Source: Catajapyx aquilonaris (taxonomy: Eukaryota). Taken from it: 64,000 bases of DNA. The DNA is taken from the NCBI GenBank assembly GCA_000934665.2, contig KZ538354.1:1-64000 (forward strand), given 5' to 3'. The notes beneath the pieces were generated by a model. It was not told where the DNA came from. It made no database searches and was given only the letters and a program-made list of their open reading frames with translations. Within the stretch, counting starts at the first letter, position 1; each line of letters opens with the position of its first letter. The position numbers were made by a program, and so were the translations under genes. Below, in pieces: positions 38,623 through 51,226 of this stretch.

Positions 38623-40361
38623 TGGGATCCCCTTTCCGCAGTTTGAAGCTACAGGGCCCGCCATTTCTCCTTGGGAATCACCCCTCATAAATCTGAGAGC
38701 TGGCCAAGGAATGGGGTGGCCATGCTTTTCCAGCCAATCCAACCTCGCAGAATCCCTTAGCCAGGGCTGTATCCGACCCATAAACGGAAACCCGCGTTTA
38801 TGCCAGGCGTCCAGAGAGATAGGCCCTGTTCATTTTCAATTCAGCGCATTACGCAAGAGGGGCTAAGTCCACTCACAATGCGAATTATGGAACCGGCAGC
38901 ATATTATTTGCATAATAATCACCATGTGGATCGAATGGGTTTAAGTTTCACCTGCGTATAACGAAATTGCCTCGCGGTGTATGATTTATATTTAAATATG
39001 TTTTCGCAAAAATAATGCGGGGTAACTCTTTGATGGGAGGCCTAATTTAATGTAGGGTTCAAAGGAGATGTAATGTATGCATCAGAATTTTAGGGAAGCT
39101 CGGGCTGCCGGTAATGAATATTTTAGGAGACGCGCAATCTCCTGAGGGATGCTCTATCGCTTAGTTTATTCTTGAGGGAGAGACACAAGTCTTGTCCTGA
39201 AGGCCTTGCGTAAGTGAATTGGGAAAACAACATGAGCGAAAAAAATAACACTGCGAAATTTCCTGGCACGCACGTGCGGCTGTAGGGGCGTACTTTGCAT
39301 ACAGCTGATTATCTTCCAACTTGGGGCATAACTACTGCCAAATATAGACTTTGCAAAACTCTTCTTACTCTGAGACCAGGCCCTGAGTGTTAATTAAAAT
39401 GGGTCCTAGCAAAAGTTGAATACCTGGGTCGGATGCAAACAAGTGTTGTTTGCATGTGATCTCCAACTTTCTGTTGCAACTTAACTGTACTTCACACAAC
39501 TATAGCAATGAGTAATTTATTAAAGAGGAAGGCGAACCCGTATCTCTCTTCCTCCATTTAAAGCCCCGATGCCTGAATAATTAAGCGTGGGTCTTCTCCT
39601 TTCCGACACCCGTTGCACAGGTTGGACGATAAATTGCAACAACAGGAAGCGATGCATCAGACCCAAGCCTATATGCCAAAGGGATTGATTTTTTTCTCAT
39701 GCTCTCTAACAGTTTAGATCTGCTACGTTTGCGGTTTTCTAGTATTTACGGTTCAAAAATTGTGCCAAGTTGTCACGTACGTGATTTGTCGAAATATTGT
39801 ATTAGGAAAGGACATTTCCTCACCTAAGCGGTCAGTAGTTAAAAAGAAGTTGTCTGAACTATCATAAGTGTTACCTTGACACTATTCATCTGGCCGTCAA
39901 TGGCTTTATAAATTACGTGGCAGGTAAGTATGATGTCGCATTAATAACGACTATAGACTAACGGTTCCTTAATCGCTTATATCACTCGATTTTGTCACGC
40001 GTTTGCCACTTTCAGAGCTTGAAGTTTGTTAGCAATCAGCGTCACACTTAAGTCCGAATGATGCACATTTTGCACGACACCCTCCCTGTAAAGCTTACAC
40101 TTTAAAATCACGCACCCACCCCGATGTGACAATCCCGACAAGTAATAGCGTCACGTATATCCGAGTGCATGTGGACTTCCAGATAAACCGTATCAGAGCC
40201 CGCCAGGACGTCGCCCCCTTCCATATATCCATTTCATCCCTCCTCCATCATCACTCGGACTCATTTCTCTGTCCAAATGTCATTCGCATGGACCCCCGGC
40301 CCTCAATCTGACCCTTCTCATCAAGCCATCTTTCCACTGACGAGTTGAAAAACCTATAGAG

Positions 40362-40440
40362 CAGTGAACCCAGGTTCACTGAGCTTTCCTGCTACGTTGC
40401 TTTCGGCCTAGAAACTTTGCTGCTACGTTGGTTTAGGCCT
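40362..40440. repeat. Perfect 9-bp hairpin followed by two 26-bp direct repeats (31-bp period)
   Basis: CAGTGAACC-CA-GGTTCACTG (40362-40381), then CTTTCCTGCTACGTTGCTTTCGGCCT (40384-40409) and CTTTGCTGCTACGTTGGTTTAGGCCT (40415-40440). Confidence 0.75.
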
Positions 40441-43400
40441 GAGTTAACATAAAGCAACAGCGATCACTGCTATTGTAAAAAAATCACTATGCATGGTTTT
40501 TTCTCTCTCCTTTTTTGTGGGGGTTAGTTTAAAGATGGACTTGCGGACGCGGTTGTGAGCGTAGCGGCTAGAGATTAGCTTCACCAGCGGTAAGTCCCCG
40601 GAGAGTAGAGGAAGCCGGCTCTGGTGTTCTGGGCCATAAATCGGAGGCTGGATGCCGGGTCTGCTGGCAGCACTAGATGGATCAATTCCATCCCAAGCGC
40701 TTTTCCCAGCCAGTTTTGCGGTGGAACTGCCTCTTTTACCCCATCCTTTCCACCCCAAAAACCATTTTTTTCCTACATTCCCCCCCCCCTACCTAAAAAA
40801 AACACACACTCACCTCCCATACCTCTGACCATTACCAGCGGAACTCTTTATCGGGTGAGAATAATCCTGCGGAACGCTCATGGCTTGTTAGCAGCCAGAT
40901 AATGTTGCCAGCCAATCATTCCAAAGCTATTTCCGCAGCACCTGAAGCAAGACTGATTACTTGGTTTTGCATTTGCTTAAAAAGGGGATATCTCAACTGA
41001 AATGTCCATGTCCATTTCGGTTAGAGCTTGTTATTTGAAATTCAGTGGCTGCTTTAATTCAACCTAATATTCAGTTTTTGGAAGGACTCCCACTCCTTCA
41101 TTTAGGCTCTCAAACTCCTTGAACTACAGGAACTACAAGGAATTTAGTCACAGAAAGCGTTTTAGCTAAATTCTTCAATAAATAACGGACTGATTTAGTC
41201 AGTATAATTCGGCTATCAAATGACTGGTTAAGTATTGAAGAATGGTGTGTTAATTTGGGGCTTGGCCGTCCGATGCGGAACCGTAGAGGAGAATGGTTTT
41301 ATGAGAGTGGCCACACTTTACGGCCCGCATTAAGAGAATTAATGTTCTGTCGCATAAAACACTCGAGGTTTCTTTTATCGCAATTTCTGGCCGAGTGGAA
41401 TAAAATTTATTGTGGTATCAATTTGGCAAGGAAACCCCCCCCGTTACATAACTCACTTATTGCATCGCTAAAAATGTCCTCCGTTTGCAGCTATGCAGCA
41501 TGGTTGGATTATACACAAAATTTTGATTTCGTGCCTAATATTCTCCTTGTCTTCTGTATTTTTAAAACTTCTTATTTGGCGTCTTTCCAGTCTTGATAGA
41601 AAATGTGCCTGGAGGGTTTAATAAAGGGTTGGTCTTTCCGCCTGTTCTTTATCCAAGTGCATGATTTTTTTGTGTCGTTTAACTTGTCGGAGACAAAAGC
41701 AGTTGCCTCCGGTGCCTCTTCACGATAAAAATGAGATCCTCCAAGTGTGCGTAAAAAGGTCGAGAGATAAGCTGGGATTCTTTGATTAAATTTTTGTTTG
41801 ATGTTTCTTCCTCTCAGAGCGAACTGGGTTGGATCAATGTCTTGCATATTAGAGACTCCATGGTTGTATATGCTCCTTTTTTGCATTTTAGTATCTGTTG
41901 TTTGTTTTTTCCGAGTACGACTCCATTGGCGCAATGAGGCGAAGAGCCCGAGCCCTGAATTTTGCGGAACAACTCGGTCCAAAATTCCCAGAGGAACATT
42001 TGGACCTTGCATAATTGACGTGGCCAAATGGGATGGTCGGATTGGACCTTCCCTTTACTCGCCTGGTTGTGTCCCACTCTTCTCCTGACTTCCTGTTAAA
42101 ACCCAGAGGGACACGCTCTTGTGTCCCGCCACCCCTTTTGGGCGAATGGCCTGGCTCGGTCACTCTCACAAAGAGGCGTCTAAATTAGTCACCACTCCTG
42201 GGGACGACCTGCTGCTAACTGTTTTCACAATCATTTGAGTGTTTTCCTAACCCCCTGACTGAACGCGTCCAGCTTCTCTGACACCTAAACCGCATTGTTT
42301 CTATTCGGTATATTTAAAAAAACGGGATTAATTCATATTCGGGACCGGCCGACGGATTTTACGGGCTGGCACTCCCCGAATATAAGTTGGCCCTGCCAAA
42401 AATTTAGAGCCGGCATCCTTCCTCATAAACGTCTCTGCTATTGTATCACTGCAGGGTAACACTGACAGTTCAAGCTGTAGTTGCACGAATTTACAATGAC
42501 AATTGAGTGTAAAAAAAAAGAATGCATTGTAATAAATTTGCTGGATAGTGCAAAAATCCAGGGTATATATAGATTCTTCACGATTTTAAGCAACTATTGG
42601 TCGCCAATCCATTCAGGTTGCTGGCATGAACAATCCGCTTCATATTGTGGACTGTGGCCAATGACCCACCCCATTTATTACTGGTATCAGACTATTTCTC
42701 CCCGAAACGATTTCGAAGTACTGGAGCCGAAATTTATCTGATAAAAATGAATTGCCCATAGGTCTTGCTGGGTTGCCGGAAGTGTACACTTGAAAATAAA
42801 CGGCACCCGGTACTACATCCTGAGATAATTAGTGCCCCCCCCCCTACCTCCCAATAGTACTATGTGAAGGAGGATTGGGGGGGGATTTACAACATTTTCA
42901 TTGGGATTTTATGATCGGCAGGGTCGGCTCTCACTTGGTTTACGGCTGCGGCAACCTCTCAGGTTCAGAAAAAAAGGGGGTCATTTGAAGGAAATTAACT
43001 CCCGTATTGAGTATTCAAATCATGGGGCTTCAAAAACCGGGAGCCCAGATTTTTCTCTACCTAATAACCTCGGGGCCCCCGATTCTTCTTTTTTGCAAAT
43101 TGATTTTTTCAGCGCCGGACCCTGCTTCTATTGTTACGAGCTCACCGGGATCCAGCCTTTTTATTGAAAGCAATCTTGTGTTTTCACAGTACATGCCATG
43201 TGCCTGTCCAACAATGGCCGATCAATATTTCCTGGCTTTCAAATATGATGCACTTGTGAAGGTTCATTTTTTTTAAAGAGTCCACTTAATGAGCCAACAT
43301 TGAAACATTTTGTTTGTACTTGCAGTGCTTTGTTGGAGCTATATTCTGTAGCATGTAATATTGCCATATACTGCCATGTTTCTATCCATATAACTAGACG

Positions 43401-46400
43401 CACCAGGATATTATATTGTAGAAAATATAGCACTGCCCACGCAATATAGCCAGTTTTTCCGCTTGGAATAATTTCTGTTACGAATGAACCGGAGAGCCAC
43501 TTGGTTTGAATTTGCATCCCGGACTTTTTAAAAAAGCAACTTTTCCATTCCGCTGTGATACTGTGCACTCTGCAAAAAAAATTCCTCCGGTTGTACTTGT
43601 TTCTAAAAAAAATTATTTTTATTCGTGAGGTCCCAGTGCAGTCAGTGGCAGCAGGTTGTTTGCAGCACTTTTTGTTGTAGACATATTGTTGGATTTTCCC
43701 CCCCGGCTGCAGATTGAGGCGGCAGGCAGCAGTCTCCAATGAAACCCGATGCGGCCTACCACCTTCCGACTTGACTAATGGCAGTGTTGGAGCCCGATAA
43801 ACCGCGACGAGCAGCAAAAAGGACTCGTTTGCTGCTTCTGTATACCGATGCGCGGATACTCTTTGACTCCGGATTGCCAAGACCACATGTCGGACACTAC
43901 ATCACTGAAGGTCAGCGCCTGTACAACTTAACTGGCCCCTGCGATTCGGAGACACTCAAAGAGCCAGTGCCATATAACTAATGAACCGGCAGGTAGTACA
44001 TCTCTGAGAGTATGTAAACAGCTTGTACCTGCCTGTTATGCACATCAAAACGACCTGTAAAGCCTGACGAAGCACGTGTTTATCTAGTCAGATGAGCTAC
44101 GAAGCTGCGGGCTGTTTTCTCGCCTTGCAAACACCGCCGGTTCCTATCTCTCCGTATGCTGTATATATAGTGCATGCCATTTTTTTTTGTATTGCATTTT
44201 CCTTTGGCTGAGCTTCCCCGCAGGATTCATACATAATGAATCGAGGCATGGTTTCCTCTGCTCTCGGAGGGATCACGTAGCTGTCGGAAACCCTGAGACG
44301 GAACAATGCGTCATAAGCTTGATAATGCTCTGTGCACGGGTAAACACAAGGGCGTGTATCGCTTTCCGAGTCGCGGTTTTAGGCCCGGGTCTACAGTGCA
44401 TTGTCGGCTCGGATAATCTCGTAACGTGCTACCCAGGGTCTTTTTTATTAAAAGGGCAGACCGAATTAGTGCTGTGCTTCAGGAGGGTTTGCAAGGCCGA
44501 GGTTTTATCGCTGCAGGCCTCTTGGTCACTGATTTCAATGAGAGGCAAGGGTCAGGTTAAAGTGGGCATGAAATTGGAGGTTTCATTGCCAGAAAGTCGG
44601 TTGCAATCAGTATTTTTCTACATGGGACTCAAAGTCATTTATATGCAAAACATGTGTTACATTAATGTATATATCATTAAGGATCGGTTCGCAATATGTA
44701 AATATAAATTACGCTCCAACACTTCAATAAAGAGATATTTAAATAATTATTTATGCATCATGACGTTGTGGAATTGCGCATTTATTGGTGGATGACTGCG
44801 GTGTATGAAGCATTTACTTGTCCAGCAGCAATCCAGGTTGACAAATCAACATGAAACTGTGCGGTATTTTACACTTCACGCTTCTGCTCTCCGCGCACTT
44901 TTTATCGATAATAAAACATGCATATCAATTGTTAATATCTACCGATGTAAACATGATAGGCAGTCATGCGAGTTCATACAATAATGCCATTTGGTAAATC
45001 CGGAATATCTGATCGGATTATTATTCCGATTTACGATTTGATATCTAGCCATTTCAAACTTTTAAGTTACTAAACCAACGTTTTTAAAAAGCGTAATTAA
45101 ATTCGCTTTGCCCTGCGCACTATTATTTACCGTACCTCTTCATGACGCAACCTGAGTATTACATCAACACTCTCCTCTTACATGTACAGTACACGCCTTA
45201 AAGCAACATGACTTCCTTCACTAGAGAACCGCAATTAAGTGCAATCATTAAGGACATCATGCCATTGTAAACACCGAGTGCACGAGATGGCGATTTAAGC
45301 ATATCGGTTATATATGCCGTGGTTACAACCCTCCAGTGTAATATGCCCTGCTAAAAGGGCAGTAATGTTATACCCCCCTCCCGACAGTTGTTTATCGGCT
45401 TAGTTCTTGTTGGGAGCCTCGTGATCGCGGATTTTAACGGCCAGAAATCACGCAATATAGATAATAATCCGATTCATGATGAGGTCGTGTCAGAATTGGG
45501 TGCCGGTTGAGCTGTTCCTGAAGCAGCAGCAGCAAAAGCCCCCCAAATGTCAGTTCCCGTTACAGTTTCGCGTCACTCAAAACCAGTTACAAAATTTACA
45601 GCTAGTTAAATTAACAATGATCCCGTGTCCATCTCCTTTACGCGCGCATTTTCACGGGCTTTAATTGACTCGGGAACTGACACTTTCCTTTTTTTTACCT
45701 GGCAGATACTAGTTAACGACAATTGAATTATTGCTCTGTTATTGCCCCAATCTGTATGCTGCATGTCTGATGCTATCTTTAACATCTCATTCGTCATTAT
45801 TTTATAATGCAGGAATGATGGCTACGCTGTACAGTATACGCTCGAAGTTGACCTCTGGAGATGATGTTTACATATTTTTCCTGATGCGACAAAACCGCAG
45901 GCACATGTTGAACCCTGAATCATACATCAACGTACCCATATTAGACGATTTTCCGGATAGGTTTACACACAGGTGCAGTCGACGCTGCATCTGGCCATCA
46001 CTTGTACGAGTCGTGTGTCACCTGCTGCTTGAAAAGAGGACTCTAACCCACACCCAGCACGTGCAAAACCCGGTTTAATAGGCCCAAGTGACGAAGTGGG
46101 AAGCATCAGCAGGCTTTCGATCAGACCTCCAATAGCAAGGGTGACAGCTGCCATTTGTCCACGGGGTTTTTCCACTAGTAGAACACATGCACCGCCCCCA
46201 AAAAATAGGAAGGAAAAAAATATCTGCCCTCTGGGGAACCATGTGGGTTGGGTTCTCTTCTATTTAATTCTCTTTTTTTGGGAAACCACCCTTGTCCCCT
46301 GGAGGCCTCGACATCTATTATGAACTCGTGCCTTTTCCGAGCGCTCCAATCCTTTTGCTTCCGATTTTAAAAAAAAGTTTCATCTAATCTGAAATCTAGT

Positions 46401-49214
46401 TGATTACCTACCTGTGGGTTAATTTGTTCTCACATGGCGAAAAAAAAAGTGGGACGAGATTTTTAGGGTGGGAGTTATTTTTGTTTCATTTGCATGTCTA
46501 ATTAGCGCAGTTGGTTATCAGCTTTGGTGCTTGAATGGGCATGGATGTTATATTATGACGTATGTTGCCGGGGCTTGCAATGAATCATTTCGCTGTGGCC
46601 AAAGAGCAATTAAAAGTTTTTACGATAGTCATGCGATTGATCAAAATTATGTGATATGTGCATCGAATTGCTGGTGGTGGACAGGCCATGGGAGGCCTAC
46701 AAGTGTGGGTCAATTTGGGTGAATATTCTGCACATGTTGGTGGCATGATGTCACCAACATACTGCGATTATTTGAGTTCATATTATGTGTGCAGTACAGG
46801 CAAACACCATGATTAAACGCTACCGTAATCCAAACAGTGGTGGTCAAGACGGTTCAGGTGTTTCTGCAAATTGCTTCATCTCGTGTAGCAGCAGTCTCCG
46901 AGGGAATTCGGTTCTTTCTGTACACCACCGGGCCCGTCCATGCAAGCCATAAATAATTGGCAAGAGGCTGGAATGCAGACCTATTTTTGCGCTTCCCCAC
47001 GGCCCATTATGGCACGAAAACTGGGTTTTTTTTCTCTCCGCAATTTCACATCCAATGGCCCGGAAACACATCCGGATGAATACGATGCGGAGGCCAAAAT
47101 GCAATTTTTTTTTAGATTCCCAAGTTTCATCCTGCTCCGGTGTTGCAAATTGATCAGTACAAACATGACTGGGGTGTAAGGCCGGACTTGAATGAGCCTC
47201 ATTTGTCTTGGTCAGCTGGTCACCCCGGATGAAATATAGCGTTATAAATGAGGGTAAAAGTCCTGAGTCGTTATCTGGACAAAAATGCTGAGTGGTCGAG
47301 CTCCCCTAGTGTTTTGTTTCTAATTAGTTACTGTGCACCACACTAGTTTGCTATACGAGTTTTATGGTGTACTGTACAGCGACATTAGCCAGTTATGGTG
47401 CGTGGTACAGCTTTGTGTTTATGGGCGTTGATAAAAACAGGTCGCGAAAAATAAAAATTTAGTGAATGAATAGGTTGGAAACAACACCAACAAAAAAAAT
47501 GTATTGTAAACAGTATCTCCAGGGCAAATGTGAACAATGTTATGTCACGCATATGAATATGGCTCAAAATTTGAGGGGGTCGAATGGGCTCACTTAAAAA
47601 TAGTGCAATTTCCCGCAATTAGTTAATTACACTGACCGGATGTGAATAACACTGTTGCGAAATAAAAGTCAACTGGCTTTTTCGCTGCAGGACATTTTGA
47701 TGATGCAACGGGTTGACAAATTTGGATGTCAAAGTTGCACTGCACCAACAATGAAAAATATTTCTCAGTTTTCATTGTTTTTAATGGCTGCACTGCAACT
47801 TTTACAACTAAATTTGGCTTAAAGCGTCGCATCATCTAAATGTTCTGCAGCAAAAAAGCCAGAGAAAATTCATACTAAAATTAATTACTACACGCTCCAA
47901 TGTCTGATTTTTTTTTTGCCAAAGTTGATAGTTTTTTTGTTGAAAGAACATGAAACAGCTCTCGACGAAAACTTGTTGCAGTAGAGAACGTATGTCGTGC
48001 ATTAGGCTACTCAAGAAGCAAGAGTGCGAAATGGCTGATTTCCAAAAGTTACTGGAGCCGATGCCAAATGCCGGTTAAAGTCTATTTAAGCCCATCGGCT
48101 ATGAAACTGGCCACAAAGCAATTATTAACTCGGCTCAACCCAAATTTATTCCGTGCCACTATTTCCGAGGAGTTTGCAAACATGATTCCGTCGCAAAAAT
48201 GATGACCATCGACCGAAAGCCATCTCTCCCACAAAACGACGAATTAGAGTCTTCCATCAGACGGATTTCCCTCCGGCTGATATTCCGCAAAAAAAAAAAA
48301 AACTGTTGGTATATGGAGTAGTAGAGGAAAAGTCCTGTGCTTGTGTCCCAGGGTTTCAGAGATGAAGCTGGAAGTAGCTCTTTCCGGCTGGATGTCGACT
48401 TTTAATGCATCTACATCACTCTGGAATAGCTATTTTAATGAAGGGCTTTTTGGAGTTGTACAGGTTTTTTTCCTGGAGATGTTATCACTAAAAGCATTGA
48501 ACTTTTTTTTTCTTCTTCCAGAGCAATGGAGTTGAAATGACTTTCAGCTTGGAACATGCTTGGAAACTCTGACTGTTCTGCCTTTAATATGTTGACTAAC
48601 AGCTACTAATAATATTTGTGGTCATGGGTTACGCGTATAGGACATATCTTTTTTTTTGTGCGAAAGATGGTTAATGAGCCATATTATTTCTTGCTTCAAG
48701 GCTCATTCTGAGTGACTGTTACAGATGGCACGTTGATGAATTTTAAGGTCCGCCTTTGATCGAGTGAAATATTACTATCGAGGCCATACATCACGTTGAG
48801 TCCAAGATCAATAACTTTTGAGAGGGTGAAAAAACTCCTCATAGGCTTTATCTCACAACAGAATGAACCCTAGTTGTTATTGGATTAGCAGAGATATTAT
48901 GCCTCGTGGACGCTGTTGCTCCTTCAGTAAAACCACAGAAATATATCAGATCTATTATGGTATACGGAAATGTGCCTCTGTTAATTCCATAATTTGTGAT
49001 CTTTAAAATGTGAATATGTGTGCACTGTGAGTAACATACAGTATAACTGAACATTTCCCGTCCAAGATTCTCACTTTTTATTAGGACACTAGGGCGGCCC
49101 TCCTGCCATTTATTCGGAAAGGCTGAGTCCAAATACATGTCCAGATGCAGTGTATAGAGTTTCCCTGCAGTATCACAACATAACCTACTTTCCACTCTTT
49201 ATACTTTCCATCAG

Positions 49215-49261
49215 GGACCAAAGTGAAGCAGCAGGTGATCCTCGGAGAACTCTACAGGAGG
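49215..49261 (+). other. Candidate orphan 47-nt exon
   Basis: Pyrimidine-rich acceptor CTTTATACTTTCCATCAG| and donor AGG|GTGAGT. One frame reads TKVKQQVILGELYRR with GC3-rich codons. No recognised homology. Confidence 0.25.
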
Positions 49262-50898
49262 GTGAGTGCATTTTCCTTCCAGTTTCTTGCGGCGACATGC
49301 GAGCAACACCATCAGCAAGGGTTTATATGTCATATATTCCACACTGTTGCTGTTACTTGCATCAACACAAAGGAAGTGGGCGTTGAATTTCAGACTCCTG
49401 GAGGCCCCCAGGAAATTCCAAAATTCGTTAATCTCGGAGGCACTTGTGCATGAGAAACCTGCCAGAGTCAAACATTTGAGGCGTGTGCGTTCCAGGAAAT
49501 CAGGCTTAATTATACGGTCCGTAAATTGAGTACCTCGAGCATGACTGGGTGCTGCAATCAGTATAGGTAAGGTGCGAAAATGTTTAGGCGACTCTGACGT
49601 AAAAGATTTGCCATAATCGTCATGTGAGAAAAGTATGTTTCTCGATAGATATTACGCCCTGCATGTTTCGGTCATTTTTGCAACACACGATGCAGCCTCA
49701 CAGCGTTTTTATATTGGAAACCCTCCCATTACGCCTAGTCGTTTACCAACACCAGCCCTTAATGAGGTGGGCTCCAGCTAACGATCACAGCTTTATTAGA
49801 AGTCTGGATGTGAAAAGCGACTCTAGGGCAACAAAAAAAAAATCTGTGAACGAAAAAACAAAATGCTTATTTTTTTTTGGAAAGAAAATATTTTTCTCTG
49901 GCTTCGACTTTTGCGGGAGGAAGGGAACAATCCATCCATCATTTTGTCTTTCCCACACTTCCGGGGGAAATCAGCTGCGGCACGCGTGAAATGAATGACA
50001 AGTTTACTTTGATATTAGTAATTATAAGGGGGCGGGGACGAGGTGAGAGGAAAATTTCGTATCCGGGGGGGTTTTGGGACGTGAAATAATTACTGGACTC
50101 GCCCACGCAAAGGGGGAAACTTAATCTTTCAGGTAACAATATCGGCAGAAATGGGATTATACGAGCCGCGCGATAAAATGTTGGGGTGTTTTAGTAGAGC
50201 GACGTCATTGAACCAGGTAATTGGATTTGACTTTGCTGTCTGGTCCAATCATGCACCGCGTTTTAATACATACGCTGTGCCCTTTTTGAATCAAGATGAC
50301 AAAACCAGAATGGATAGGGATCATCCTCTTTTTTTGTTAATGGTAACGAATCAAGTCTTGAATTGCTATTGACCGGATCGAAGAAGACGAAAAACTCCGC
50401 CAAGTCTGGAGGTCCCTTCGGTCTCTGTTTTCGATCAGAATGAAACCGGGCTCCGGGGTAAACAGCAAGAGATCAACTGGAGGAGAAATAAAGTAAAGGT
50501 CCTCCATCTACACTTGGGACAGGAAACGAATGGGGCCTCGTCTCGTGATATCGCATTACAACTCCTTTTTATAGTAGAGCACTGCAGCTAATAACAACTA
50601 CTGTTGTGAGAGTTGACAACTAATATTGACGCATGAAATGTAAATAAATCACTATTTCCAGTATGAAAGGCTTACCTTGACGTGGGGTCATTCCGCTGTG
50701 GCTGGGTGTCACCTGTCGTCTCCATTGTAAAAGCTGGTTTGAAATTTGGACGTGATAAATAATTACACGTTTGATGGCCAGACAGGTAAGGGACAGGTGC
50801 CAAAAATCCCGCGGGTTGGTCAGCAACAATACAAAGATTGACGGCAAAGGTTAATAGGGATTATTGGCGGTTTCATGCTTGAAAACACTTAACTACAT

Positions 50899-50904
50899 TT
50901 TATT
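50899..50904 (-). terminator. Putative polyadenylation signal AATAAA of the WS/DGAT gene
   Basis: AATAAA on the minus strand ~150 nt downstream of the stop codon, in an AT-rich 3' region. Confidence 0.45.
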
Positions 50905-51050
50905 TTCCGACGGTACAATGAGTTTTGTACGTATTCTACTTGTAGAACATGCACGCGAGATCATTGACTAACAACTATTAATACTTGTCTCCTCCTGGGA
51001 GACTATTAATAATAAGTCTACTTTAAAAATGATAAAAATGCCAGCAGCTG

Positions 51051-51226
51051 TTAGTTCAACAATCTGTGGCCATTTTTATAGCCTAGCATTAGAGCCAGCT
51101 TGGACGTATTTTTGTAGAAAATGTCACACATTTCCTGGACCTCTTCTCTTCCCTTGACCAACGCTCCGTCCACCAAAATATTTACCCGAAGGTTGTTCAT
51201 GTACGTTGAGGCCGTGACTGCAATTC
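51051..51226 (-). CDS. WS/DGAT exon 3 (C-terminus)
   Basis: A 67-nt intron ends ...gccttcgcAG|GA. The exon reads G-IAVTASTYMNNLRVNILVDGALVKGREEVQEMCDIFYKNTSKLALMLGYKNGHRLLN*, which resembles the WS/DGAT C-terminal strand-strand-helix. Confidence 0.85.

Noticed and set aside
43239..44795. Two long ORFs (215 aa minus, 202 aa plus)
   Set aside because: No recognisable domain, Cys/Arg/Phe-rich random-like composition, homopolymer-derived runs, non-ATG starts, and none of the GC3 bias seen in the real gene.
45153..45166. TGAGTATTACATCA, matching the 5' 14 nt of arthropod miR-12 as I recall it
   Set aside because: The remaining mature sequence diverges and the flanks do not form a pre-miRNA hairpin.
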